NCBI GenBank assembly: GCA_025839675.1
Contig: CP104013.1
Location: forward strand, 4,260,001 to 4,292,000
Source of the DNA: Candidatus Lokiarchaeum ossiferum
GTDB taxonomy: Archaea > Asgardarchaeota > Lokiarchaeia > Sigyniarchaeales > Promethearchaeaceae
Direction of reading: 5' to 3'
DNA: 32,000 bases
Shown: piece by piece, positions 17,902 through 26,864 of the stretch
Layout of the letters: every line of letters starts with the position of its first letter
How positions within the stretch are numbered: position 1 is the stretch's first letter
Notes under the pieces: generated by a model
Database searches by the model: none
Told to the model about the DNA's origin: nothing
What the model saw: only the letters and a program-made list of their open reading frames with translations
Made by a program: the position numbers and the translations under genes

Positions 17902-18786
17902 TTATTTATGATTGAGTAAGTGTTGTAGAACTATTTTTTTCATCAGTTTTTTATTCGGTTTTTTTCCTGTCCACCATTCAAAGCCAATGGCTCCTTGATT
18001 TACAAGCATCTCTACTCCTGAAAGGGTTTTACATCCAATTTGATCTGCATTTTGCAACAATTGAGTGTGGAGTGGATTGTACACAATATCATTCACAAAT
18101 AATTCTGGATGTAGAAATTCTATTTCAATTGGACATTTTTCAATATTTGGGCTCATTCCCACTGAGGTTGTATTTATCAAGAGATCTGCTTCGTCTAAGG
18201 CTTTTTTTAACTCGTTCTTTTGATCAAAAAGAATCCCATTGATTTGAATATCATAGTAGTTCCGTAAATTATTCACTAAAGTTTGCATTTTTGTTGGAGA
18301 TCTATTTATAATCGTAATTTTGTTTATTTTTTGAGCTAAATAGAATGCAATTGCTTTCGCAGCTCCTCCTGCTCCCAGAATGATTACGTTTTTATTATTC
18401 AAATTCATGCCCGTATCTTCTATTGCTTGCAAACACCCTTCTCCATCCGTATTTCTTCCAATTAGCTTGTTATTCTCATTTTTAATTGTATTGACCGAAC
18501 CAATTTTCAAAGCTGTTTCGTCCACGTCATCCAAAAATTGCATGATTGAAACTTTATGGGGGATTGTGATATTTACACCTCGTATGTTTAGACTCCTAAT
18601 CGCTTGTGTCGCTTTTTCCAGATTTAGTTCAGTCACTTGGAATGGAACGTACACATAATTCAACCCTAAATCTTGAATTATGGCATTTTGCATTTTTGGT
18701 GACAACGTATGTTCCACTGGATCTCCAAAAATGCCTAAGACTTTAGATGAACCATTTATCATCATCGATGGAAAAAGATCTGCCAT
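17902..18786 (-). CDS. aroE: shikimate 5-dehydrogenase
   Basis: Motifs FGDPVEHTLSPKMQN, NITIPHK, NTDGEG and the Rossmann motif ILGAGGAAKA. Confidence 0.9.
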   Translation of the reverse strand: MADLFPSMMINGSSKVLGIFGDPVEHTLSPKMQNAIIQDLGLNYVYVPFQVTELNLEKATQAIRSLNIRGVNITIPHKVSIMQFLDDVDETALKIGSVNTIKNENNKLIGRNTDGEGCLQAIEDTGMNLNNKNVIILGAGGAAKAIAFYLAQKINKITIINRSPTKMQTLVNNLRNYYDIQINGILFDQKNELKKALDEADLLINTTSVGMSPNIEKCPIEIEFLHPELFVNDIVYNPLHTQLLQNADQIGCKTLSGVEMLVNQGAIGFEWWTGKKPNKKLMKKIVLQHLLNHK

Positions 18787-18956
18787 AATTTGATCTTACT
18801 TTTAATTAAAGAAAAACCTTTTTTAATAAGAAATGCCTTTCTTACCTTGTAACTTGTCTTCTTTTCTAGAAGTTATTTATATACGTTGCAATTGATTTTT
18901 TATCGCAACAGAATATTCAATTTAATAATATAATTTGAACCTCAAGTGAAAAATTA

Positions 18957-20861
18957 ATGAGTTCAGACACATATGAAAAAATAAGGGCCCGAATTAGAGA
19001 ATCTCTTCCAGAATCTGCGAAAGTGACTGGTATAGAGTTTGAAGGGCCCGAAATTGCTATTTATAGTTCTAGCGTTGCTTTTATTGGAAATGATCGAGAT
19101 GAAGTTAAATCCCTCGTTAAAATACTTCGCAAAAGGATTGTGGTCCGCAGTGATCCCACCATTCGATTGGATAATGAATTGACGGTTGAGAAAATCAAAG
19201 AAATTATTCCAGAAGAAGCTGAAGTTTCAAAAATTATGTTCAATGAAAATTTAGGTGAAGTAATTATTGAAGCGACAAAACCTGGAGTTGCTATTGGAAA
19301 AGCCGGCTCAAATTTGAAGTTGATCAAGAAACAAACTTTATGGATTCCTCAAGTCATTCGAACTCCTCCAATTGAATCTCGAACCGTTGCTCTTATCCGC
19401 AGTATGCTTCAAAAAGAACGTCAATTACAGAAAGAAATTTTCCGCACTATTGGCCAACGAATTCATCGCCCTGCCATCAAGAAAGATATTAACATCCGGA
19501 TGACTGCCTTAGGGAGTTTCCGAGAAGTTGGTAGATCATCAATCCTTATCCAAACTGATGAAAGTATGGTATTATTGGATTGTGGTTTAAATGTTGGGAA
19601 TCCAAAGGATCTTTTTCCTCATTTTGATAATGGAAATTTTCGTATTGCTGATTTGGATGCGGTTATCATATCTCACGCTCATTTAGATCATTCAGGACTA
19701 ATTCCGTATTTATTCAAATATGGGTATGATGGACCTATTTATACAAGCGAGCCAACATTACATCTTTCGACCATGTTACAACTTGATTATATCAATATTT
19801 GTAAACGTGAAGGGCGACCTGCCCCTTATTCCAAAAAAGATATTAAAAGCGCTGTACTGCACACTTATCCACTAGCTTGGGGGAAAGTCACAGATATTGC
19901 TCCAGACATTAAATTAACATTGCATAACGCAGGACATATTCTTGGTTCTTCTTTGATCCATTTACATTTTGGAAATGGGGATCACAATCTTGTTTTTACG
20001 GGAGATTATAAATTCCAACGAACTCGATTATTGGAAGCCGCTTCTTGCAAGTTTCCGCGATTGGAAACTTTGATCACAGAATCCACTTATGGTGGAGTTC
20101 AAGACATTGTTCCAAGTCGCTATGAATCGGAAAAAACTCTAATACAAGTTATGAATTCAACTATTCGTAAGGGTGGAAAAGTGCTTATTCCCGTATTAGC
20201 TGTTGGAAGAGCTCAAGAAATCATGGTTGTGTTAGAAGATTTCATTTCACGAAAAATGATTGATCCAGTTCCTGTTTACGTTGATGGAATGATCTCTGAA
20301 GCTACTGCAGTCCATACAACTCATCCAGATTATCTTAATTCCGAATTGCGTGAAAAAATATTTCATCAAGGGAAGAATCCTTTCACTTCAGAAATTTTTA
20401 CTCAAGTAGATGGATATCAAGCTCGAGATGATATTATTTCTGGAGGACCTTGTATTATTATGGCCACTTCTGGAATGTTACAGGGAGGACCTTCCGTTCA
20501 ATATCTCAAAGGAATTTCTGATGATCCTAATAGTACTATTTTATTCTGTAGTTACCAAGTTGAAGGCACACTTGGTCGGAGAGTCCAAAAAGGATACCGC
20601 GAGTTTAATGCTATGACATCCAGTGGAAAAAGTACTCCAACAAAAATTAAACTAAACGTATTTACCGTGGAAGGTTTTAGTGGGCATTCCAATCGCAGCC
20701 AAATTATCTCTTTCATTCGGAAAGTGAAACCACGTCCTGAACGAGTTATAACCCTTCATGGTGAAGCGTCAAAATGTATGGGATTAGCTTCTGTCATCCA
20801 TAAACGGTTAAAAAGCGAAACTCGCTCTCCTGTTAATAATGAGACACTCGTACTAAAATAA
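18957..20861 (+). CDS. fttA: archaeal CPSF1 homologue (KH domains + metallo-beta-lactamase + beta-CASP ribonuclease; transcription termination factor FttA)
   Basis: N-terminal KH region (GKAGSNLK GxxG loop), MBL motif HAHLDHSG, beta-CASP region, and a length of 634 aa typical of aCPSF1. Confidence 0.9.
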   Translation: MSSDTYEKIRARIRESLPESAKVTGIEFEGPEIAIYSSSVAFIGNDRDEVKSLVKILRKRIVVRSDPTIRLDNELTVEKIKEIIPEEAEVSKIMFNENLGEVIIEATKPGVAIGKAGSNLKLIKKQTLWIPQVIRTPPIESRTVALIRSMLQKERQLQKEIFRTIGQRIHRPAIKKDINIRMTALGSFREVGRSSILIQTDESMVLLDCGLNVGNPKDLFPHFDNGNFRIADLDAVIISHAHLDHSGLIPYLFKYGYDGPIYTSEPTLHLSTMLQLDYINICKREGRPAPYSKKDIKSAVLHTYPLAWGKVTDIAPDIKLTLHNAGHILGSSLIHLHFGNGDHNLVFTGDYKFQRTRLLEAASCKFPRLETLITESTYGGVQDIVPSRYESEKTLIQVMNSTIRKGGKVLIPVLAVGRAQEIMVVLEDFISRKMIDPVPVYVDGMISEATAVHTTHPDYLNSELREKIFHQGKNPFTSEIFTQVDGYQARDDIISGGPCIIMATSGMLQGGPSVQYLKGISDDPNSTILFCSYQVEGTLGRRVQKGYREFNAMTSSGKSTPTKIKLNVFTVEGFSGHSNRSQIISFIRKVKPRPERVITLHGEASKCMGLASVIHKRLKSETRSPVNNETLVLK

Positions 20862-20933
20862 GAAATCACTTTTTTCAAAAATTCTTTTACTGTACAAAAA
20901 CCCTTTTTTATTTTTAATACTTTTTCACTACGT

Positions 20934-21890
20934 ATGAGCGAAGTCACTACCGCTACGAAGAATAAGAAAATACCCGTTATTTCGATAAGTCGAAAAATTA
21001 TTCAGTTTTTGTCTTTCTTCGTAATAAATTATGCAATTCTGGAATGGATTTTTAATGCTGATTTTTCAATCTTAGATAATTATGCACGCGTGTTACCTTT
21101 CCTTCATTCGGCTAATAGTGCTTGGACGCAGGGTGCTGGATTGCTCGAATATTCATTTTACATGATTGCCACTGGAAGAATTCCCTATTTATTCGTTGGG
21201 ATCTTGGGATTACTTGGTCTCTTTTCAGGAAGAATCTTTTGTGGATGGGTTTGTCCCACTGGATTTATGCAAGACCTTTTCGGAGGATTAGGTGGTGATA
21301 GCCGACTCTCCTTGGAGGCAGATCAATTCTTGAAAAAAGTAAAATCTTTCTTCTTAATTGTCTTGCTCTTCTTATTCACATTAATTCTAATCTTCTTCAA
21401 GACTGATCCCGATTTGCATCAACAATGGTTAGAAAGTCTCGGATCTATGGCATATAATGCGCTAGAACCAATTTCAATGTCTGAATTCCTATTTGTGACT
21501 CTTCCTAACATAATCACGACAGCTGTTGATAATGGGGGGAGTTTAACTGGAATATTTGGAGGGACATTTAAGACGATTATTTTTGTGATCTATGTGTTAA
21601 TCATTATCGCATCTGCTGTCTATCCAAGATTCTATTGCAAATATATGTGTCCTTACGCAGCAACAATAAAGGTCTTTTCCAATTATAGCTTTTTAAAATT
21701 GCAACGAATGCCTACTCGATGTCCAGGAAGAAAAGAATGTGGTGTGTGTGAGCAAATCTGCCCCATGCAAATTCGAATCTTAGAAGAACCCTTTAGTGGG
21801 TTTACCGGAGATGGTGAGTGCACCTTATGTCTGGATTGTATGCAGCAATGCCCACACGACGCCATTAAGTGGAAATTTGGCTTTAATTAA
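20934..21890 (+). CDS. membrane-bound polyferredoxin (NapH/MauN-like 4Fe-4S protein)
   Basis: Several TM helices, with the membrane-proximal Cys motifs CGWVCPTG and CKYMCPY. Two ferredoxin motifs are present: CGVCEQICP and CTLCLDCMQQCP. Confidence 0.7.
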   Translation: MSEVTTATKNKKIPVISISRKIIQFLSFFVINYAILEWIFNADFSILDNYARVLPFLHSANSAWTQGAGLLEYSFYMIATGRIPYLFVGILGLLGLFSGRIFCGWVCPTGFMQDLFGGLGGDSRLSLEADQFLKKVKSFFLIVLLFLFTLILIFFKTDPDLHQQWLESLGSMAYNALEPISMSEFLFVTLPNIITTAVDNGGSLTGIFGGTFKTIIFVIYVLIIIASAVYPRFYCKYMCPYAATIKVFSNYSFLKLQRMPTRCPGRKECGVCEQICPMQIRILEEPFSGFTGDGECTLCLDCMQQCPHDAIKWKFGFN

Positions 21891-22080
21891 TTTTTTTTAT
21901 CCTATTTTTGGGCAGGAATTTTGTCTTTTTGGTTTATTCAAAATTGCAAGATTACTTGACTCCTATTTTGGAATATGGCCTTCTGAAGCTAATTAGATTT
22001 CATATAAATAATAAATCGAATATTTAAAAGGAATGAGGTTAACTTTTCGAACAATTAAAAACGAAAGAAAAAAAAGAAGC

Positions 22081-22833
22081 TCAAGGTTTATACATAAAAA
22101 GTGCTAAAGGCACAGAAGCAGCTCGCCATTGAGCCACCTTTCCTTGGTAGTTTAAGTCAATCTTATAACGACCATGATTTCCGATAACTAACATCAAACT
22201 TCTTCGTTTTAACATCTTCCAACTTGATAAGATCCATTTATCTGTGCGTTTAATAAGTTTTTGAATTAATTCTTCGGGATTTGCTGCTCCAGTTCTACGT
22301 TTTTGTTGGTATATTTCCTCAAAATCTAAATAATGAAGAAAACTTAGATCATGACGATTAATAATTTTTGCTGCTTCAATCCAAGTGGCCATATCATTAG
22401 CTTTGGCAATTCCGTAGTTTGCACCATAACGGGCTGTATCTTTTTGCCTTCCTACAAATACTGATGACTTCCCAACACTTTCCAAATATTTTAAAAGATG
22501 GAATCCATTATTTTCAAATTCAAACCCCCCGAAAAACATTTGATGAAGTGTTCCCAAAGTATAAGGGTTTGAAGTCGAAAGTAAAACTAACGCATCTGCA
22601 GTGGAAATTAAAAATTGGGGTTTGTAATACGTAATTTCAAACAATCCAAAGTTGTCTATCATATTGATTACAATTCTTTCTACCGGTCCTTTTGATCGAA
22701 ATAAATCTATAACTGGTTGAATCGCGGGAGGAAGATATGAAGGTGCTTCAACATTTAATAATTCTAAGATTGTAGCGGGGAAGGCGGGCAATAATCCTTC
22801 CAAAGTGGGCATTTCTTCTTGTTCTTGGCTCAT
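22081..22833 (-). CDS. hypothetical protein, weak alkaline-phosphatase/nucleotide-pyrophosphatase superfamily resemblance
   Basis: The order of weak motifs resembles the AP superfamily: RIVINMIDNFG (metal Asp), STSNPYTLGT (nucleophile Thr region), LHYLDFEE, LVIGNHGR (DHG-like). Several metal ligands appear substituted. Confidence 0.3.
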   Translation of the reverse strand: MSQEQEEMPTLEGLLPAFPATILELLNVEAPSYLPPAIQPVIDLFRSKGPVERIVINMIDNFGLFEITYYKPQFLISTADALVLLSTSNPYTLGTLHQMFFGGFEFENNGFHLLKYLESVGKSSVFVGRQKDTARYGANYGIAKANDMATWIEAAKIINRHDLSFLHYLDFEEIYQQKRRTGAANPEELIQKLIKRTDKWILSSWKMLKRRSLMLVIGNHGRYKIDLNYQGKVAQWRAASVPLALFMYKP

Positions 22834-23009
22834 TTTAACGCACGTTTTGTTGTGAAAAACAACCCTTCCACAGTTTCTTTCCTATATATATAGATGACCC
22901 ACTCCCATTTTATATATTTTCTTTATAGGGAAAAGATCTATTTTCAAGTAACAACTCTTTCTCTTTAACAAAATTAATCATTATTTTGCCAATTTTCTTC
23001 AATTTTTGC

Positions 23010-23432
23010 TTAATTTGGTTTTAAAAAAATTTCTTGTTTTTTCTCCAAATATTTTTTCCTACGATATTGAGTAATATACCTTGAGTTCCAATTAAACCAT
23101 TCAAACAAAAACAGGAGAAGGAGAAGAGGTAATAAAATTCTTTGAAAATGGGGTCGAGTGAGCAATAAAGTTAGCGCCAATAACATAATCGGAAGTCCGA
23201 TAACTTTCCAGTGATAGCTTCGTTTTTCAACTTTTTTTTCGGTAATTACAAATTCTTTCTGCATTTCAATTGGGAGTTCTGCAAAATGTTCTGGGCAACA
23301 TCCATAAGTATCACATTCTTCACAGAGTGGTTTATGGCATACAATGCAAAAAATCAAACGTTTCTTGTTATTTTCTTTAATGGCTTTGTTGCACTTCGTA
23401 CACTCTAAACAAAACTGATATTGTGAAATCAA
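23010..23432 (-). CDS. membrane-anchored multi-CxxC zinc-finger protein
   Basis: N-terminal ligand pattern: C8-x2-C11-x2-C14-x14-C29-x2-C32-H33-x3-C37-x2-C40-x4-C45-C46-x2-H49. Two hydrophobic helices follow (VIGLPIMLLALTLLL, ILLPLLLLLFLFEWF). Confidence 0.55.
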   Translation of the reverse strand: MISQYQFCLECTKCNKAIKENNKKRLIFCIVCHKPLCEECDTYGCCPEHFAELPIEMQKEFVITEKKVEKRSYHWKVIGLPIMLLALTLLLTRPHFQRILLPLLLLLFLFEWFNWNSRYITQYRRKKYLEKKQEIFLKPN

Positions 23433-23550
23433 TGATACCCCTTTTTCTTTTTATTGAAGATGATAAAGTTCTCGTCAAACATTTTTATTTCCTTCTCACT
23501 TAAAAAACTATCTTTTAAATCAAAGAGGTATTTATTTAATTTGAAACATC

Positions 23551-24963
23551 GTGAAAAAAATCCTCTTTATTGATTGTGGTTATTCTGGAGTATCTGGTGA
23601 TTTACTCATTTCGAGTTTAGCTGGAATAATTGGACGTGATGAAATGCTCCACTTCTTAACAAAAGTGCTATCCAAAATTATGCCCAATTCAAATTATCAT
23701 TGTGATCTCATATCCAAAATAAGCTCTGGGATTGAAGGGCTTTATTTAGATTTTCATGCTCACTCCAAAGATCAAGAACAGCATGTGGAAGTCTTGAAAT
23801 CTCATGAAGATATTCATGTTTCCCAACCTCACTCCCATCATCATCAATCAATGAAAAACTCTGAGAAATCTCATAATCCCCATCACCATCACCATTATTC
23901 CATCGCGAACATGGAAGTTGATTTAAAAGATGGGTTGTCGGTTCATCCTTTTTCTGCTAAAGCAGTTGAAGTCGCGTTATTCGTCTTGCGACAATTAATT
24001 GAAGCCGAGTCTCAAATCCATGGTGTTCCTATTGATAAAGTTCATCTTCATGAAATTGGTTCGAGGGATACAATCTTAGATATTTGTGGTGTAATTTTTG
24101 GCCTAGAAAAGGTGGGTGTCTTCAATGAAATCGATCCTGTAGTTATTAACATCTCCCCTGTTGCAGTTGGAGGTGGCCAGGTAAAATGTGCTCATGGAAT
24201 TATGCCTGTACCCGCACCTGCAACAACAAAATTGCTCGAAATAGGTAAAATTGCTTTCAAAAAAGGTCCTGTTGATTTCGAGTTAGCGACCCCAACCGGT
24301 ATTGCTCTACTCGCTAGTTTGAACTTGTTAGGATATTTGACTAATGATATTTCAGATTATAACCAGATGATTCTTAAATCTGGAATTGGTGTGGGGACAT
24401 TGCAATTTCCTGACCGTGCTAACATTCTTCGTTCATTTTTGTATCAAGCTAAATCATCTCCTAAAACCGGTAATTCGCATTTTGATTTATTTTTAACCAA
24501 TAATTCACTTGGGAACACACATGATGTATATAAAGTAGAAACAAATGTGGATGATGTTCGGGGTGAAATTTTAGGCAACCTCATTACATTATTAGTGAAA
24601 TCAGGAGCCTTAGATGTATCTATAATTCCAACACTGACTAAAAAAAATCGCCCTGGTCAATTAATCGCGGTCGTTTGTCACGATAAGGATATAGAACGAT
24701 TGAGTTCCATTTTAATTTCAGAGACTGGTTCCTTGGGAGTTCGCATTTCTTCTTCATCCAGAATTTGTTTGAAACGTGAAATTGTATCTTACGATGTGAT
24801 GTTGGACAAACGAATGGTTAATTTTAAAGTTAAAATCGCTCGTAATAAGAAGGATCAAATTATTCAACAAAAAATTGAATTTGATGATTTGGAAAAAATA
24901 TCCAAAATACTGGATAAACCTATTAGAATTATTGAACGACAATTATGGAAACTAATCAACTAA
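23551..24963 (+). CDS. larC: LarC-type nickel insertion protein (pyridinium-3,5-bisthiocarboxylate mononucleotide nickel chelatase, DUF111)
   Basis: N-terminal DUF111 signature KILFIDCGYSGVSGDLLISSL. His-rich segment HSKDQEQHVEVLKSHEDIHVSQPHSHHHQSMKNSEKSHNPHHHHH, then HEIGSRDTILDI. GTG start with no in-frame ATG alternative nearby. Confidence 0.75.
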   Translation: MKKILFIDCGYSGVSGDLLISSLAGIIGRDEMLHFLTKVLSKIMPNSNYHCDLISKISSGIEGLYLDFHAHSKDQEQHVEVLKSHEDIHVSQPHSHHHQSMKNSEKSHNPHHHHHYSIANMEVDLKDGLSVHPFSAKAVEVALFVLRQLIEAESQIHGVPIDKVHLHEIGSRDTILDICGVIFGLEKVGVFNEIDPVVINISPVAVGGGQVKCAHGIMPVPAPATTKLLEIGKIAFKKGPVDFELATPTGIALLASLNLLGYLTNDISDYNQMILKSGIGVGTLQFPDRANILRSFLYQAKSSPKTGNSHFDLFLTNNSLGNTHDVYKVETNVDDVRGEILGNLITLLVKSGALDVSIIPTLTKKNRPGQLIAVVCHDKDIERLSSILISETGSLGVRISSSSRICLKREIVSYDVMLDKRMVNFKVKIARNKKDQIIQQKIEFDDLEKISKILDKPIRIIERQLWKLIN

Positions 24964-25201
24964 GTTCAAAAAACACTAATCACAATATTTTTTACGCTCT
25001 TTGCAAAATTTGAGAAAATTGAAACCATTGTTGAATATTGGCACAAATTCTTACTTCGATCACTAAATGCTTTATTCAAACAAACGTTTGTGGAAATTAT
25101 TAAATATGGGTGAATTCTTTAATAAGATTAGTAGTGTTTTAAAAAAATGTATTTTACCCTAAATTGAAGTTTGGGGAAAAAATAATTACGGTGTTTAACC
25201 C

Positions 25202-25639
25202 ATGCCCATAGTTAGCATGAATATAAGCGATTCAATGAAACGCTTTTTGAAGCGTATGGTTGGAACTCAAGAATATAAGAACAGTTCTAACGTGATGCGG
25301 GATGCTTTGGTCCGCCTGATGAGTTCAAAAGAAGATGGAGTTATCGGTCCTGTCAGTTTGGATAAAACCGATTTTTCCAATCTCATTCCTTCAATTACTT
25401 CCAGTATTATTATTACCCTCCCAACATATCACTCAAAATTAGATAAGAAATTAAATCGGATTGAAATCAATTATCATAGCAGTATTATACATAAATCTAT
25501 TTTCACTCATCAAAATATTAAAACGATAACTTATGTTATGGAAGATACGATGGTAAATACTCAGAGTTTCATAACCGAATTAAATGCGATGGAATCTCTT
25601 CAAGCATTCCGATATATTATCAACGAGCCTGAAGAATAA
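25202..25639 (+). CDS. NikR-fold (ribbon-helix-helix + ACT-like C-domain) regulator, divergent
   Basis: The N-terminus aligns by eye to the NikR RHH: IVSMNISDSMKRFLKRMVGTQEYKNSSNVMRDALVRLM versus E. coli [38 protein letters not shown]. The C-domain has the expected beta-alpha-beta spacing but few His and no Cys at the Ni-site positions. Confidence 0.5.
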   Translation: MPIVSMNISDSMKRFLKRMVGTQEYKNSSNVMRDALVRLMSSKEDGVIGPVSLDKTDFSNLIPSITSSIIITLPTYHSKLDKKLNRIEINYHSSIIHKSIFTHQNIKTITYVMEDTMVNTQSFITELNAMESLQAFRYIINEPEE

Positions 25640-26708
25640 ATTCTTCCAATTCTTTTTTAGTTTTTTTTACAAATTCTGTATTCGATCGAAATTCATTAAT
25701 TGCTTTTACAATTTCTTCCAGCTTATTTTTGATGATACTGTAACCTGTTAGATTGCCCAAATTTGTGGTTGGATCTTGTAATTCATTCAACATGTCGCAA
25801 AATTTAATGTAATAAGAATATATTCGAGTATCTGCAGCAATTATTATGTTCAGATTGGTTAAGGAGCGATAATCTAATGAATAAATGCTTTGTTTTTTCG
25901 AAGATTTTTTTGGAAATTTCTTAATCACTCCAGTTTTCTCCAGTTCTTTCAAGCTTTTTGATATTGCACTCAGAGAATTCTGAGTTAATTGTACAAGTCT
26001 TTGTTGGGTTAAATTCCTTCTAAAATAAAAATATCCAATGATCTTATTATTCAACGTTTTTTTTTCACTAAGGCAGGATTCTCGGTATTCGTACATTTTC
26101 TGTTCAATATTAGCAATTTTGGGGGAAAATTCTATTAATGAGTTGTTATTGAGCAAGTTCAAAGTATATTCAGGAAAGAAATCATTTCTTTTTCTTCCAT
26201 CAATGCTTCTTCGTTGACATTCCACAAAATTTAAGTATCCATTGATTCTTCTAATTAGAAATTCCGCTTGAATTGGATGTTCTTCTTTGAGATTCATTAA
26301 GTGCTTTTTGTATTGGATTAATATTTGTTCATAGTTCTCCCACTCTTCTAAAAGACTTGAAAATGGTTTATAAATAAAAAGAACATGATTTTTTTTCAAG
26401 AAATATTCGTATTTATGAGTTCCAGGGATAAAATTTTTTACAATACTTCCGACATTAACTAGAAAGTTAAGTGAAGTTGATATTGTTGAAAATGAGAACT
26501 TAGTTAAATCTCTTAGCTCTTGTTGTGTCAATTTTCCATGTATTTGAATGAAGGAAAAAATTATTGTAGCTTTATCACCTGCATCATCTGAAATTGTTTG
26601 GAAAAATTCAACCAACACACCTTCCATCTCTTTGATTTTTCCTTCGAATAAATGTGATGCATTTTTTTTTTTGAATAACACAAGGTTTTGTTTAGTCATT
26701 TCTTGCAT
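25620..26708 (-). CDS. tandem winged-helix (MarR/GbsR-like x2) transcriptional regulator
   Basis: Two internal repeats, each with an HTH. The first is KLTQQELRDLTKFSFSTISTSLNFLVNVGSIVK...GTHKYEYFL. The second is NLTQQRLVQLTQNSLSAISKSLKELEKTGVIKK...KKQSIYSL. Confidence 0.5.
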   Translation of the reverse strand: MQEMTKQNLVLFKKKNASHLFEGKIKEMEGVLVEFFQTISDDAGDKATIIFSFIQIHGKLTQQELRDLTKFSFSTISTSLNFLVNVGSIVKNFIPGTHKYEYFLKKNHVLFIYKPFSSLLEEWENYEQILIQYKKHLMNLKEEHPIQAEFLIRRINGYLNFVECQRRSIDGRKRNDFFPEYTLNLLNNNSLIEFSPKIANIEQKMYEYRESCLSEKKTLNNKIIGYFYFRRNLTQQRLVQLTQNSLSAISKSLKELEKTGVIKKFPKKSSKKQSIYSLDYRSLTNLNIIIAADTRIYSYYIKFCDMLNELQDPTTNLGNLTGYSIIKNKLEEIVKAINEFRSNTEFVKKTKKELEEFILQAR

Positions 26709-26864
26709 TTTTCTCTACATAATTTAACTCATTTATAAAATATAATATTATTTATATTTCGAAAATTGCAAAAACCTTTAATATTAAAATTAACTTCATC
26801 AAGATAATTATCATAAATTCGAATATATGAATATATCTGAATTTTTGAATAAATAGGTGTTAAT

